Of a DNA stretch of 64,000 nucleotides, positions 19,397-29,186 are shown piece after piece (within the stretch, counting starts at the first letter, position 1; every line of letters begins with the position of its first letter). Made by a program: the position numbers and the translations under genes. The DNA lies in NCBI GenBank assembly GCA_016192685.1, contig JACPTS010000001.1, forward strand, positions 33,412 through 97,411, given 5' to 3'. The DNA comes from Candidatus Harrisonbacteria bacterium. Its GTDB lineage: Bacteria > Patescibacteriota > Minisyncoccia > UBA6257 > 02-FULL-45-10c. Under the pieces are notes generated by a model. It worked only from the letters and a program-made list of their open reading frames with translations, made no database searches and had not been told where the DNA came from.

Positions 19397-19861
19397 TCAC
19401 TGAGAGCCGCTTGGCAAATTTTTCTTCGCCTCTTCCTCTTCGAGCACTCTCAAGATCTTTTCCGCATTGGGATGGCGACTGTATTCCTCCATACCCTCAA
19501 TAAATTTTTTAAATTCCTTTGAAGTCAATCCGAGAGACAAAACACGACTTCGAAGTTCATCGCTATTCTCTGGCTCAAACTCAATTATCTCTACTATTTC
19601 TCCAAGATTTTTATATTTATAGCATTGTATAAGACGTTTTAATTGCCTAATTGGACGCCTTAAAAAATGAAAGGTATGCAATAAAGGAGCAAACAAAGCT
19701 AAAAGCACCAAATACCACCATGGAAATTTATTTTGCCTTAAAAATGGTAAATCGTTAATCATTAAATACCACATAGTGACATAATGAAAAACGATAACTA
19801 ATGCAACAAATGCAACAAAAATCCCAATCACGCTTGAAACCACCCAAATCAAGATTCCCAT
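19397..19861 (-). CDS. Hypothetical membrane protein
   Basis: Two N-terminal TM segments and a charged C-terminus. Confidence 0.55.
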   Translation of the reverse strand: MGILIWVVSSVIGIFVAFVALVIVFHYVTMWYLMINDLPFLRQNKFPWWYLVLLALFAPLLHTFHFLRRPIRQLKRLIQCYKYKNLGEIVEIIEFEPENSDELRSRVLSLGLTSKEFKKFIEGMEEYSRHPNAEKILRVLEEEEAKKNLPSGSQ

Positions 19862-20074
19862 TCTAAACCCTCTCTAAACGAACTAAATATATTATAGTCT
19901 TTAAAAAATAAATAAGCAAATAAAGTAAAAAGGTCGCAAAGCGACCCACATTATTCCACAACCAACATCTCCAAAAAGAAAACTTTAAAAGGTGGTTTGC
20001 TTGTTTGTCGTACGGCAACTACGGAGCTTCATCACTCCCAACCAACAACAATATAAAGAAAAACTCGGATAAAA

Positions 20075-20220
20075 AAGAAGTCGGCATGCTTCATAGAGCA
20101 ACTACGGAGGCGCTAAAAGCTTGTTCTTTTGCGAAGCAAAAGTTTTAGCGCCGAGGCGTAGATGCGCTCCGCAGCTAGAGCGGAGCGACATCGGTGCTCA
20201 TAGAAGTATGCTGACTTCTT
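20075..20220 (+). repeat. Structured repeat family A, copy 1
   Basis: GCAACTACGGAG..CTTG..GCGAAGC..GAGGCGTAG..CGGTGC core on a long basal stem. Confidence 0.8.
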
Positions 20221-20227
20221 AAAAAAT

Positions 20228-20668
20228 CTATCCGAGTTTTTCGCGAACCACCCCACTGATCATTTTCCCATCCGCTTTCCCCTTCAACTCTGCCATCACT
20301 GCTTTCATAACAAGTCCCTGATTGCTTTTATCCGCAAGCCCAGCTAAAACTTTTTCCACTGCCGCCACCACTTCTCCCCGAGACATTTGTTTGGGCAAAT
20401 AAACTTCCAAAAGCGCCAGTTCGGATTTTTCTTTCTCCGCCAGCTCCGGACGGCCGCCTTTTTCAAAGGCTTCTACTGACTCTTTGCGTTTTTTTGCTTC
20501 CCGCAATAAAACTTGCATCACTTCCTCATCAGTCAAAACTGCGTCTTTCCCTTTAGCAATGGCTTGATTTTGCAACGCGGCATTAAGCATCCGCAAAACG
20601 CCGACTTTATCGGCATTCCCAGCTTTCATTGCGTCTTTTAAATCTTGAATAAGCTTCTGCTGAAGCAT
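20228..20668 (-). CDS. yqeY: GatB/YqeY domain protein
   Basis: DLKDAMKA..KKRKES..GGRPELAEKE..YLPKQ. Confidence 0.92.
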   Translation of the reverse strand: MLQQKLIQDLKDAMKAGNADKVGVLRMLNAALQNQAIAKGKDAVLTDEEVMQVLLREAKKRKESVEAFEKGGRPELAEKEKSELALLEVYLPKQMSRGEVVAAVEKVLAGLADKSNQGLVMKAVMAELKGKADGKMISGVVREKLG

Positions 20669-20679
20669 AAAATAATAAT

Positions 20680-20889
20680 CTACAAAAGCCCAAGCTTTTT
20701 CGCTTTCTCCACTTCTTTTTGCTTTTCCACGCGATAAAGAGCCGCGATTTTTCTTTTTAATCGGTTTTTCGGACGGGCGCGAAATCGCCGCTTTTTTGCT
20801 TCTTTTAAAACTCCGCTTTGCTGAATTTTTTTAGAAAAGCGATACAAAAGCGAACCAGTTGTTTCTCCTTCTTTTTTTCGTACAAACAT
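20680..20889 (-). CDS. rpsU: 30S ribosomal protein bS21
   Basis: VRKKEGE..LLYRFSKKIQQSGVLKEAKKRRF; synteny HIT-rpsU-yqeY. Confidence 0.85.
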   Translation of the reverse strand: MFVRKKEGETTGSLLYRFSKKIQQSGVLKEAKKRRFRARPKNRLKRKIAALYRVEKQKEVEKAKKLGLL

Positions 20890-20914
20890 GTTTTATATAA
20901 TAACAATTAAAAAA

Positions 20915-21274
20915 TTATTTATCAAGACTGGGGTGCGGCAAATGATTCCCTTCATTTTTAGACCAACCGCCAAGCAAATGCAAATGCAAATGGTCAATTA
21001 TCTGTCCGCCTTCCCGGCCGACATTAAAAACCAATTTATAGCCTTTTAATCCCCGCTTTTCCGCCAAGTCTTTAGCAATATAAATAAGAGCGGCCAAAAT
21101 ATCCCGATGATTGCCCTCTAAATGAGCAATGGACTGGATATGTTCTTTTGGCACCACTAAAATATGGACCGGAGCTGAAGGGCGGATATCCTTAAAAGCC
21201 AAGACTTGGCTATCTTCATACAAAAATTCAGTCGGCAATTCTTTTTTAGAAATTTTACAAAAAACGCACTCCAT
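20915..21274 (-). CDS. Histidine triad (HIT) nucleotide-binding protein
   Basis: CVFCKI, HLHLHLLGG. Confidence 0.93.
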   Translation of the reverse strand: MECVFCKISKKELPTEFLYEDSQVLAFKDIRPSAPVHILVVPKEHIQSIAHLEGNHRDILAALIYIAKDLAEKRGLKGYKLVFNVGREGGQIIDHLHLHLLGGWSKNEGNHLPHPSLDK

Positions 21275-22572
21275 TATTTTAATCTTTTCTTCACTTCACT
21301 CACCAATTTCCTTAATGGCACAGTTTCTTGAACGCCATTTTTCAAATCCCGGATAATGATTGATTCTTCAAAAGCTTCTTTTTGGCCGAAAATAAGGGTG
21401 TAATCCGAACCCTCCTTGTTAGCGGAACGAAGCTGGGCCCCCAATGAATCTTTGCCAAGCGATTCCTTAACCGGCACTCCTTCGTCCCGCAAAGATTCAA
21501 TGAGTTTCAGGCTTCTTTTTTTGGCCAGTTCACCGATATGGATAAAAAATACTCCCGGCTTTTTACGAAGGCTTAAATTAACTTTGGCCGCTTTCATTAC
21601 CTCTATTAATCTTTCCAGCCCCACTGCTCCGCCTACGCCCGCGTTGGTTCTCGCTCCGAAAAGCTCCATCAGATAATCGTAGCGGCCGCCGCTAGCCAGG
21701 GCAAAATCAAATTTCCGGCCATCCTCCGAAACGGTATTGGTAAAAAATTCAAAAACGGTTTTATTGTAATAATCCAACCCCCGAACCAGCTGATTATCCA
21801 ATACATAAGATAAATCCAATTCCTCCAAAAATTCCAAAACATGCTTCAGGTGCCGGCTGCAGCTGACGCAAAGATTATCCAGAATAATCGGCGCTTCGCT
21901 TTTAAACTTCTGGCAATCTTCATTTTTGCAATCAAGGAGACGAAGCGGATTTTGCTTAAGGCGGTTCCGACAATCCCGGCATAACTTAGCCGCCAGCGGC
22001 CGATAATAAGCAATCAATTTTTTCCGATAATTCGGCCGGCAAATGCGGCAGCCGATGCTGTTGATGTGGAGAGAAATATCTTTAATTTTTAAATTTTCCA
22101 GCAGCCGGAAAATCGCAAGAATGACCTGGGCATCATAGACCGCATCGCTGTCGCCGCCCATAATTTCAAATCCCGCCTGATGGAATTGCCGAAAACGTCC
22201 GGCTTGCGGCTGTTCTTTGCGGAACATCGGGCCCAAATAAAAAAGTTTTAGCGGCTGGCCAAGATGGCTTAACCCATGCTGGACATAAGCCCGGACGATT
22301 CCGGCCGTTCCCTCCGGTCGGAGCACAAACCTATCGCCGGAAGTGCTTTTTAACACAAACATCTCTTTCTCCACGATATCAGAAGTTTCGCCCAAAGATT
22401 TTTCAAAAATCTCCGCTCTTTCCATCAGCACCGTGTCAATCCTATGGAAATTGTAATAATCGGCAATATAATCAATTTCCTGGCGGATTTTATCCCACCA
22501 CGGCTGATCTTGAGGCAAGATATCATGCATTCCCTTTGGGGAATGTAAATTTTGTAATTTAGATTTACTCAT
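21274..22572 (-). CDS. hisS: Histidine--tRNA ligase
   Basis: PKGMHD, LRPEGTA, QAGRFRQFHQ, LVRGLDYY, GGRYD. Confidence 0.97.
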   Translation of the reverse strand: MSKSKLQNLHSPKGMHDILPQDQPWWDKIRQEIDYIADYYNFHRIDTVLMERAEIFEKSLGETSDIVEKEMFVLKSTSGDRFVLRPEGTAGIVRAYVQHGLSHLGQPLKLFYLGPMFRKEQPQAGRFRQFHQAGFEIMGGDSDAVYDAQVILAIFRLLENLKIKDISLHINSIGCRICRPNYRKKLIAYYRPLAAKLCRDCRNRLKQNPLRLLDCKNEDCQKFKSEAPIILDNLCVSCSRHLKHVLEFLEELDLSYVLDNQLVRGLDYYNKTVFEFFTNTVSEDGRKFDFALASGGRYDYLMELFGARTNAGVGGAVGLERLIEVMKAAKVNLSLRKKPGVFFIHIGELAKKRSLKLIESLRDEGVPVKESLGKDSLGAQLRSANKEGSDYTLIFGQKEAFEESIIIRDLKNGVQETVPLRKLVSEVKKRLK

Positions 22573-22599
22573 AAACTTTATGGACTTTATGACTTTCAA

Positions 22600-23139
22600 C
22601 TAATACGAGAACGCTTGCGCTTTATTAATCGGCAATAGCCTTAATCTGGCTATGCCAATTATATATTTTTTATCCAGCGGCCCCCAGCTTCTTGAATCAT
22701 AACTATAATTACGATTATCTCCTAACACAAAATATTCGTTATCGCTTAAAATCTTAGTAAGATTGCCGGAAGTAAGCCGCCCCGGCGACAAATAATCTTC
22801 TGGCAACGCCAAGCCGTCAGGAAATTCTTGATTAGAAATAGTAACCTTGCCCTGCTGAATAACTACTTTTTCTCCGGGCAATCCGACAATTCTCTTAATA
22901 TAATAAGTAGAAGGGTTATTCGGGTACCTGAAAACTATCACCTCTCCTCTTTTCGGCTCGCGAAACTGATAAGTAACCTCATCAATAATCAGATAATTGC
23001 CGGTGCTGAAAGTCGGATCCATGCTGGCGCCGCTGACCAGAAACGGCTGGATTAAAAAAGTTCTAATCACAAAAACCGTTGCCACCGCAACTATGACTAC
23101 TTCCAATACTTCCCAAACGGCTAATAAAAAAGATTTCAT
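22600..23139 (-). CDS. lepB: Signal peptidase I
   Basis: GASMDPT, YIKRIVGLPG, GDNR..SYDSR. Confidence 0.95.
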   Translation of the reverse strand: MKSFLLAVWEVLEVVIVAVATVFVIRTFLIQPFLVSGASMDPTFSTGNYLIIDEVTYQFREPKRGEVIVFRYPNNPSTYYIKRIVGLPGEKVVIQQGKVTISNQEFPDGLALPEDYLSPGRLTSGNLTKILSDNEYFVLGDNRNYSYDSRSWGPLDKKYIIGIARLRLLPINKAQAFSY

Positions 23140-23173
23140 GGCTGAATAGCATTTATTTTACTATAATAAAAAG

Positions 23174-23671
23174 ATGGATACAAGCAAACCGAATTTTGAG
23201 CTAATCATTGGCCTAGGAAATCCTGATAAAAAATATGAAAATACCTACCATAATGTCGGGCATCTTTTTGCAGACTACTTAAGCAGTCACATGTCACATG
23301 TCACGTGTCACATGTTAAAATCGGATGTCTACATGAACGAATCCGGAGCTTTTGTTAAAAAAATGCTTAAAAAATATGGCGCCAAACCAGAAGAGCTGCT
23401 GATTGCCCACGATGATAGTGACATTACTCTTGGAGACTATAAATTTTCTTTCGGCCGCGGAGCCGCCGGCCATCATGGCATAGAGAATATCCAAGCCGTC
23501 CTCAAAACAAAAAACTTCTGGCGGCTTCGCATTGGCATAAGACCTATAAGTCCAATAGGACTTATAAAATTAAAACGCCTCAAAGCGGGAAAATTCGTGC
23601 TTAAAAAAATCACCGCTGCCGATAAAAAAATCCTGGGAGAAATTTTTAAGCAGATAGATAGTAAACTATAA
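23174..23671 (+). CDS. pth: Peptidyl-tRNA hydrolase
   Basis: GLGNP..TYHNVG, YMNESG, HDD, GHHG, RLRIGI. Confidence 0.93.
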   Translation: MDTSKPNFELIIGLGNPDKKYENTYHNVGHLFADYLSSHMSHVTCHMLKSDVYMNESGAFVKKMLKKYGAKPEELLIAHDDSDITLGDYKFSFGRGAAGHHGIENIQAVLKTKNFWRLRIGIRPISPIGLIKLKRLKAGKFVLKKITAADKKILGEIFKQIDSKL

Positions 23672-25171
23672 CTTGAAGGTAATCGTGAAGGAGACGCTCT
23701 TATCTAAATTAGCAACAATATTGGAAAGCGGCAGAGTAACGCCCCGAAAGCCTTCTTTAATCAAGGCATTTTTAAAAGCGAGAGCCGCCGCTTCGTTGTC
23801 CGCCCGGCCGCTCAATAGCGCGCTGGCCTGCTGAGAATCCATCAAAATCCGCTCCAGCGAAATGCCGCGGCCCGCCAAAACGATAATTTTAGAAAACAAC
23901 GGAGAGCGGCCAACGCTTTGTTCTTTAGCAACGGAAGCTTTATCCACTAATTGATTAAATTGCCTGGCTTTCGCCTGAAGCTCCGCCACTTCCGCTCCTC
24001 CCGGTTCTCGGACTACTACCCGCAATTGCTTCCCCAAATTAACGGAGGTTTGATAAATAACGCTGTCCGCCAAAATAAAAAGTAAAACTAAAAATCCCAG
24101 AGTGGCAATAAAAACATTACGCCAAATTTTGATAAAAAATTGAATCTGTGAATACCAGTATTCTTTTTCCGTGCCCACTGCCGTTAAACTGATTAATTTA
24201 TCCTCGGAACGCGGAATTTTTCCGCGAAGCGCGCTGCCAATAACCCCAAACCAGCCAGCCTCCAAATTCGGCAGCCCCTCCAATTTAAGATCTGCCACCT
24301 CAAATTGAAAATTTTCTTTGATAAAATTGGAAATTTCGGCATTTAAAGCCTGGGTAATTAAAATTAGCCTCCCCAGCCTCCCCTCCCAATGGCTGCCGTA
24401 AAAAGTAACCACCTTTTTAATTTCTCGGATAACGGTATCTTTAAATTCCGAAAATGGTATTTCCGAACTAAGTTCTCCGTCTGCCGGAATCAGCTTCCAG
24501 GGACTAAAGTAATGGAAATATAAATTGCCGCGGCGAAGAACCATAAAATCAATGCCGTCGCTGGCAACATTAAAAACCACCTGCGGCTTTTCAATGTCAA
24601 TTCCAACCGCCAGCGCTTGGATTGCCCGGCTGATTGCCAAAGCCGGAAACTCCACCGCTACGGCCGCGAATCCGGCCGATTCCAAACATTGCTGGTAATC
24701 ATCAATGGCGGCGCGATCGGCAAAAGCCGCCAAAACTTCCAGTTTCCCGTCTTTTTCCTGAAGGCCGATCTCCTGCCAATCGGCATATCCAGCCCCAAGA
24801 TCAATCGGAGAAATGCTTTTTAAATTCAAATTTGCCGCCTCCTCCAGGCTTTGCCCGGATAAAAGCGGCGTATTAAACACTTGAGTATAAACATTAGCCG
24901 AAGGAACGCTTAAAATAGCCAGCACTTTTTCTTTAGAACCGGCAAATTCAGCCTGCAAACGTTTTAAGCCGGCAATTAAACGGGCTTTGTCTTTAACCCG
25001 GCCGCCCCCAATAACGCCCGGCTCCAAAGTAACGGCTGCCTTTTTTAATAAGCCGTCCTGAAATTGGGCGATTCTCAAAACGGTATCTTTAATCTCCAAA
25101 CCGGCAATATTAGTTTTCGGAAAAAGCAATCCCTTGCTAAATTCTAAAAATTTTTTAAATGAAAAGACCAT
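23666..25171 (-). CDS. PilM-like actin-fold protein fused to PilN-like domain
   Basis: GLEIKD N-terminus, one TM near residue 350, ferredoxin-like C-terminus ..VSFTITFKL; within the pilus locus. Confidence 0.75.
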   Translation of the reverse strand: MVFSFKKFLEFSKGLLFPKTNIAGLEIKDTVLRIAQFQDGLLKKAAVTLEPGVIGGGRVKDKARLIAGLKRLQAEFAGSKEKVLAILSVPSANVYTQVFNTPLLSGQSLEEAANLNLKSISPIDLGAGYADWQEIGLQEKDGKLEVLAAFADRAAIDDYQQCLESAGFAAVAVEFPALAISRAIQALAVGIDIEKPQVVFNVASDGIDFMVLRRGNLYFHYFSPWKLIPADGELSSEIPFSEFKDTVIREIKKVVTFYGSHWEGRLGRLILITQALNAEISNFIKENFQFEVADLKLEGLPNLEAGWFGVIGSALRGKIPRSEDKLISLTAVGTEKEYWYSQIQFFIKIWRNVFIATLGFLVLLFILADSVIYQTSVNLGKQLRVVVREPGGAEVAELQAKARQFNQLVDKASVAKEQSVGRSPLFSKIIVLAGRGISLERILMDSQQASALLSGRADNEAAALAFKNALIKEGFRGVTLPLSNIVANLDKSVSFTITFKL

Positions 25172-25178
25172 GAATATC

Positions 25179-25616
25179 TTATAATGATACCTCTTTTAAA
25201 GACTCTAATCTAACTTCACCGGTAGTAGAATCAACATTTAAAATTACCTCTAAACTGCGCCTTCTGGTCTGCGCCTTACCGACAGAAATTATCTTATGCT
25301 TCCCAATCGCAATACAGGGTAATTCCCGGCAGACCGAAACATCAGCGGAATAATTCCCTACCGCCAAAGTAGTGGTAGCGCTGGTATAAGTTTTATCCCT
25401 AACCAACTTCAGGATGGCATCTGCCGCGCCGGCTTTGGCCGCCAGCATCGCATCCGCGGATAATTTATTGCCAAACTCCGATTCAATAAAAATATACGAA
25501 GTAGCTGTAATCGCAATAATGATTTCCGCCACTAAACCGCCAAGAATTAAAATCGTCGGCAAAGCCGCTACTCCCTTATTTTGACACTTGATACTTGACA
25601 CTTGACACTTAAACAT
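25179..25616 (-). CDS. PilX-like minor pilin
   Basis: KGVAAL + hydrophobic helix, AAKAGAADA, SVG. Confidence 0.7.
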   Translation of the reverse strand: MFKCQVSSIKCQNKGVAALPTILILGGLVAEIIIAITATSYIFIESEFGNKLSADAMLAAKAGAADAILKLVRDKTYTSATTTLAVGNYSADVSVCRELPCIAIGKHKIISVGKAQTRRRSLEVILNVDSTTGEVRLESLKEVSL

Positions 25617-25618
25617 AA

Positions 25619-27445
25619 TTAACGGGACCAGTTAATAATTACGTCATCAACCCGCGGCAAACTCGCGCCAGCCGCGTCAAAAAACGCCTTATACCTGAAA
25701 TAACGCTTGTTATTATGGTCAGCCGAACGGACTTTCGCCTGAACATTCGGGCCAGCCGGCGCGTAATAACCTGCGCCAGAGCCATCGGAACCCAAATAAT
25801 TCCACGGGCCGGAACTGCTGTTGGAAGAAGCAATCTGGAATTTCACCGCCGTTCCGGACGGCTGGTTGCCCTGCCACATAATGCTATTTAAAGCCGCGCC
25901 GCCGGAAACGCCGGTATCAAACACGCTGGAAATCAAAATACAATTGCTATCGCAACTGGCCGGGATATATTCCAACCCCTGAGGATGCTTAAACTGCCCG
26001 TTACCGGTGCCGTTAGTCCCCCACTTGGTAACAAAAATCCCGAAACCGTCAAATTTCTGGACACGGTCATTATCGCCGTCGGAAACATAAATATTATTTG
26101 CCTGATCGGCAGTCACGCTTTGCGGTTTATTAAACTGCCCGTTACCGGTGCCGTTGGTTCCCCATTTCAGAAGAAAATTACCATTGGAGTCAAATTTCTG
26201 GATTCTGTCATTCCCAAGATCGGCAACAAAAATATTGTTTAAATTATCAACGCCAACGCCTTGCGGGAATTTAAACTGCCCGTTCCCGGTGCCGTTAGTT
26301 CCCCACTTCAAAAGAAAATTCCCGCTGGAGTCAAATTTCTGGACGCGGTCATTATCACGGTCAGCGACATAAACATTATTGGCGCTATCCACTGCCACAT
26401 CCTGCGGCTTTTTGAATTTTCCGTCACTGGAACCGTTAGAACCCCACTCCAGAAGAAAATTGCCGCTGGAATTGAATTTTTGAATCCGGTCATTATCTAA
26501 ATCAGCGATATAAATATTATTAGCGCTGTCTATCGCAATCCCCTGGGGATGCCCAAATTCTCCGGGGTCATTTCCGCTGGTACCCCACTTCAAAAGAAAA
26601 TTCCCGCTGGAGTCAAATTTCTGGACGCGGTCATTGTCTTTATCCGTAACATAAACATTATTCAGGCTGTCAATCGCCACTCCATACGGTTTTTTAAACT
26701 GCCCGTTACCGGTGCCGTTAGTCCCCCACTTGGTAACAAAAATCCCGAAACCGTCAAATTTCTGGACACGGTCATTATCGCGGTCAGCGACATAAATATT
26801 GACTAAATTATTAGTAACCGGCGTAATAGAGCCGGACGTGGTGGTAAAATCAACATTGGTCTGGGAAGTAAATTTATTATTTACTGAAGTTATCGGGCCT
26901 TCCTGTCCGGCGCCGCCGGACCAATCGGTCTGGCGGAAAACTTCATTTGGCCAGCGAGTTAAATAAACTTCTGACGTAACAATTGGCGAAGAACCGCTGA
27001 TTGACCAACTCGCCGCTCCGGTAATTTTTTGGGTGGAAGGGTCATCATTTAAAGCATTATAAACCGATTCAATATTGCCGCTGGCATTCCGGGAAACATT
27101 TTCAATATAAAAATAAACCGTATAAACATTGTTATTGACGTTCGTCTGCTGGTCACCGCTCTCAATCGCCAGCTGACCGGTAGAAGTGGCGACATAATAA
27201 TGATTAGCTGAACCTTTATTCAAGCCATAAAGATTTTGCCAATTCTTTCCTCCTAAAGCAGCGACATTATCAGCCATGGAATTAATCAAAGACGAAGCAA
27301 TTTCATATTGCTGGGACAGCTGGCTGGAACGGAGCACTAAAAATAAAGCTCCGGAAGCAACTCCAAGCATGGTTACGCCAACGCCTAAAGCAACGACTAG
27401 CTCAATTAAAGATTGGCCGCGAACCGAATTTCTGTCCCAAGACAT
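25619..27445 (-). CDS. Prepilin-type protein with six NHL repeats (putative adhesin)
   Basis: RGQSLIEL class III signal; 6 x 47-aa YVAD..NDRVQKFD repeats. Confidence 0.85.
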   Translation of the reverse strand: MSWDRNSVRGQSLIELVVALGVGVTMLGVASGALFLVLRSSQLSQQYEIASSLINSMADNVAALGGKNWQNLYGLNKGSANHYYVATSTGQLAIESGDQQTNVNNNVYTVYFYIENVSRNASGNIESVYNALNDDPSTQKITGAASWSISGSSPIVTSEVYLTRWPNEVFRQTDWSGGAGQEGPITSVNNKFTSQTNVDFTTTSGSITPVTNNLVNIYVADRDNDRVQKFDGFGIFVTKWGTNGTGNGQFKKPYGVAIDSLNNVYVTDKDNDRVQKFDSSGNFLLKWGTSGNDPGEFGHPQGIAIDSANNIYIADLDNDRIQKFNSSGNFLLEWGSNGSSDGKFKKPQDVAVDSANNVYVADRDNDRVQKFDSSGNFLLKWGTNGTGNGQFKFPQGVGVDNLNNIFVADLGNDRIQKFDSNGNFLLKWGTNGTGNGQFNKPQSVTADQANNIYVSDGDNDRVQKFDGFGIFVTKWGTNGTGNGQFKHPQGLEYIPASCDSNCILISSVFDTGVSGGAALNSIMWQGNQPSGTAVKFQIASSNSSSGPWNYLGSDGSGAGYYAPAGPNVQAKVRSADHNNKRYFRYKAFFDAAGASLPRVDDVIINWSR

Positions 27446-27462
27446 ATTTTAATTTTATCACA

Positions 27463-27705
27463 CTAAAAAGGGGCAGTCAGACTATTAAGAATTTTAGTTT
27501 TTTGCTGGGGAGTTAAAGTTTCTTTATGCTTGGCATTTAAAGTGGATAAAATCCGTGCTTTTTCCTCCGCGCTTAAAGCCGGCGGCGAAAAAACCGGACT
27601 GGTCCCGGCTGGACTTAAAAATCGGCCGCTGTTAAGCGAACTATACCAAATCAAAAACGCCAAAACCGCCACGGAAAAAATTATGATTAAATATTTATTA
27701 TTCAT
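27463..27705 (-). CDS. Small membrane-anchored protein
   Basis: N-terminal TM; duplicated LS/T.E/QK..IL..L motif. Confidence 0.6.
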   Translation of the reverse strand: MNNKYLIIIFSVAVLAFLIWYSSLNSGRFLSPAGTSPVFSPPALSAEEKARILSTLNAKHKETLTPQQKTKILNSLTAPF

Positions 27706-27713
27706 AATTCAAG

Positions 27714-28458
27714 TTATCGAAAGCAGGAGAACGTGCAAGAACTGAAACTTTGGGCCCGACCCTGAACCGACGCGGAATTTTGGTTCTCCACACTGCAAAC
27801 TTGGCCTGCAAAAGAGCTTGGTAGCATGATTCGCTCTCCGGCATTGCACTTGCATGTCGGATTATTATAAGGAAAATCTTCAGCCACCACTCCGCAAGTA
27901 CCGACATAAGAGCTGCTCAGCGTGGTAAGTGCCCAGGCCGCGTTGCCGTTCACGTCCGAGGCAGTCAGCACCTTGTTTGCCTCCGGGCTTCCGCCGCGGA
28001 TGCGAAGCTGGCCGTTAACGTCAAGTTTTTGCGAAGGGTCAGCCGCGCCAATGCCGACGTTGCCTGTCATCAGCAAAATAGGAGACGCATCCATCCTCAA
28101 CTTTACATACCCGCCTTGATACGCTGACAGCGAGGCATCATTTGCAACTGAATCCCATGTCAGCGAGACGCGGCCATCCACGTCTGAAGCCGTCCCTTCA
28201 CCCGAAGCAAATCCGCCTATGACAGATAACGTCCGATTTGGATTCGCCGTCCCAATGCCAACATTGCCGCTGGAAACAATTAAGCCGTTAACAGCGCCGC
28301 CGGTGTTTAAAATCAAGCCGCCAGTTTTAGACTGGCCGGTAGAGCCGGTATTAAGAGGCGCGGCCGCGTTGCCGCCGGGCGGAGCAACTATAAACCGATA
28401 GCAAAACCACTATGCTAAGAATGATGACTTTTAAGGAATCTTTAATTATGTAGGTCAT
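27714..28458 (-). pseudogene. Frameshifted secreted GNVGIG-repeat fibre/adhesin protein (variant B)
   Basis: Signal-peptide start MTYIIKDSLKV at 28458 is one base out of frame with ORF 27714..28316; junction at 28389/28390. Confidence 0.65.
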
Positions 28459-28488
28459 AAATATCTTAATTATATCATATATTATTTC

Positions 28489-29167
28489 TCATTGGTTGCC
28501 GATCGCCATAACCGTTACCACGCCCGAGTCTAACGGATTGCCGTCATAATTGCCACAGCCGACATAGGCCTTGTCACTAGTAAAAGGATAGAAAATTGTA
28601 CCTCTACCCAGCTGAAACATGATCGAAGCTGCTGCTGTATCAGTTCTCTGGCAGGCACCCGTGACAGCGTAGTTTACATTCCCGAATGGTGTCTTCCAAT
28701 AGACCGAGTAGGAACCTGTACCCTCACGTATGACCCTGAGGACATTGAAAGATTCCCGGATGGCGCAATTAGTGCTTGGGCAGCCAGCGGACGTTCCGTC
28801 AAAGTTCACCCACGCCTTAAAGATATTCTCTTTTGTGATTGTATTCGCGGCAGGCGTAGCGGGCGCAGAGCCCGTGACCTTAACCGCGCCTGAAACCTCT
28901 AAGGCCTGAGTAGGATTTGTTGTCCCAATGCCAACATTGCCGCTGGAAACAATTAAGCCGTTAACAGCGCCGCCGGTGTTTAAAATCAAGCCGCCAGTTT
29001 TAGACTGGCCGGTAGAGCCGGTATTAAGAGGCGCGGCCGCGTTGCCGCCGGGCGGAGCAACTTGTCGGCTCTACCCAGCCGCCTTGCGCCAGCACTAAAT
29101 AAACCGATAGCAAAACCACTATGCTAAGAATGATGACTTTTAAGGAATCTTTGATAAGGTGGAACAT
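28489..29167 (-). pseudogene. Frameshifted secreted GNVGIG-repeat fibre/adhesin protein (variant A)
   Basis: Start MFHLIKDSLKV..WVEPT at 29167 is one base out of frame with ORF 28489..28989; C-terminus KAWVNFDG..SFNV..GTGSY is tail-fibre-tip-like. Confidence 0.65.
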
Positions 29168-29186
29168 AAATTTAAATAATTACTAA

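Noticed and set aside
25989-26781. CRISPR or DGR template/variable repeat pair
   Set aside because: In-frame NHL coding repeats; no adenine-specific differences and no reverse transcriptase in the window
27714-29167. Classical invertible shufflon
   Set aside because: Copies are direct rather than inverted, and no adjacent recombinase is present
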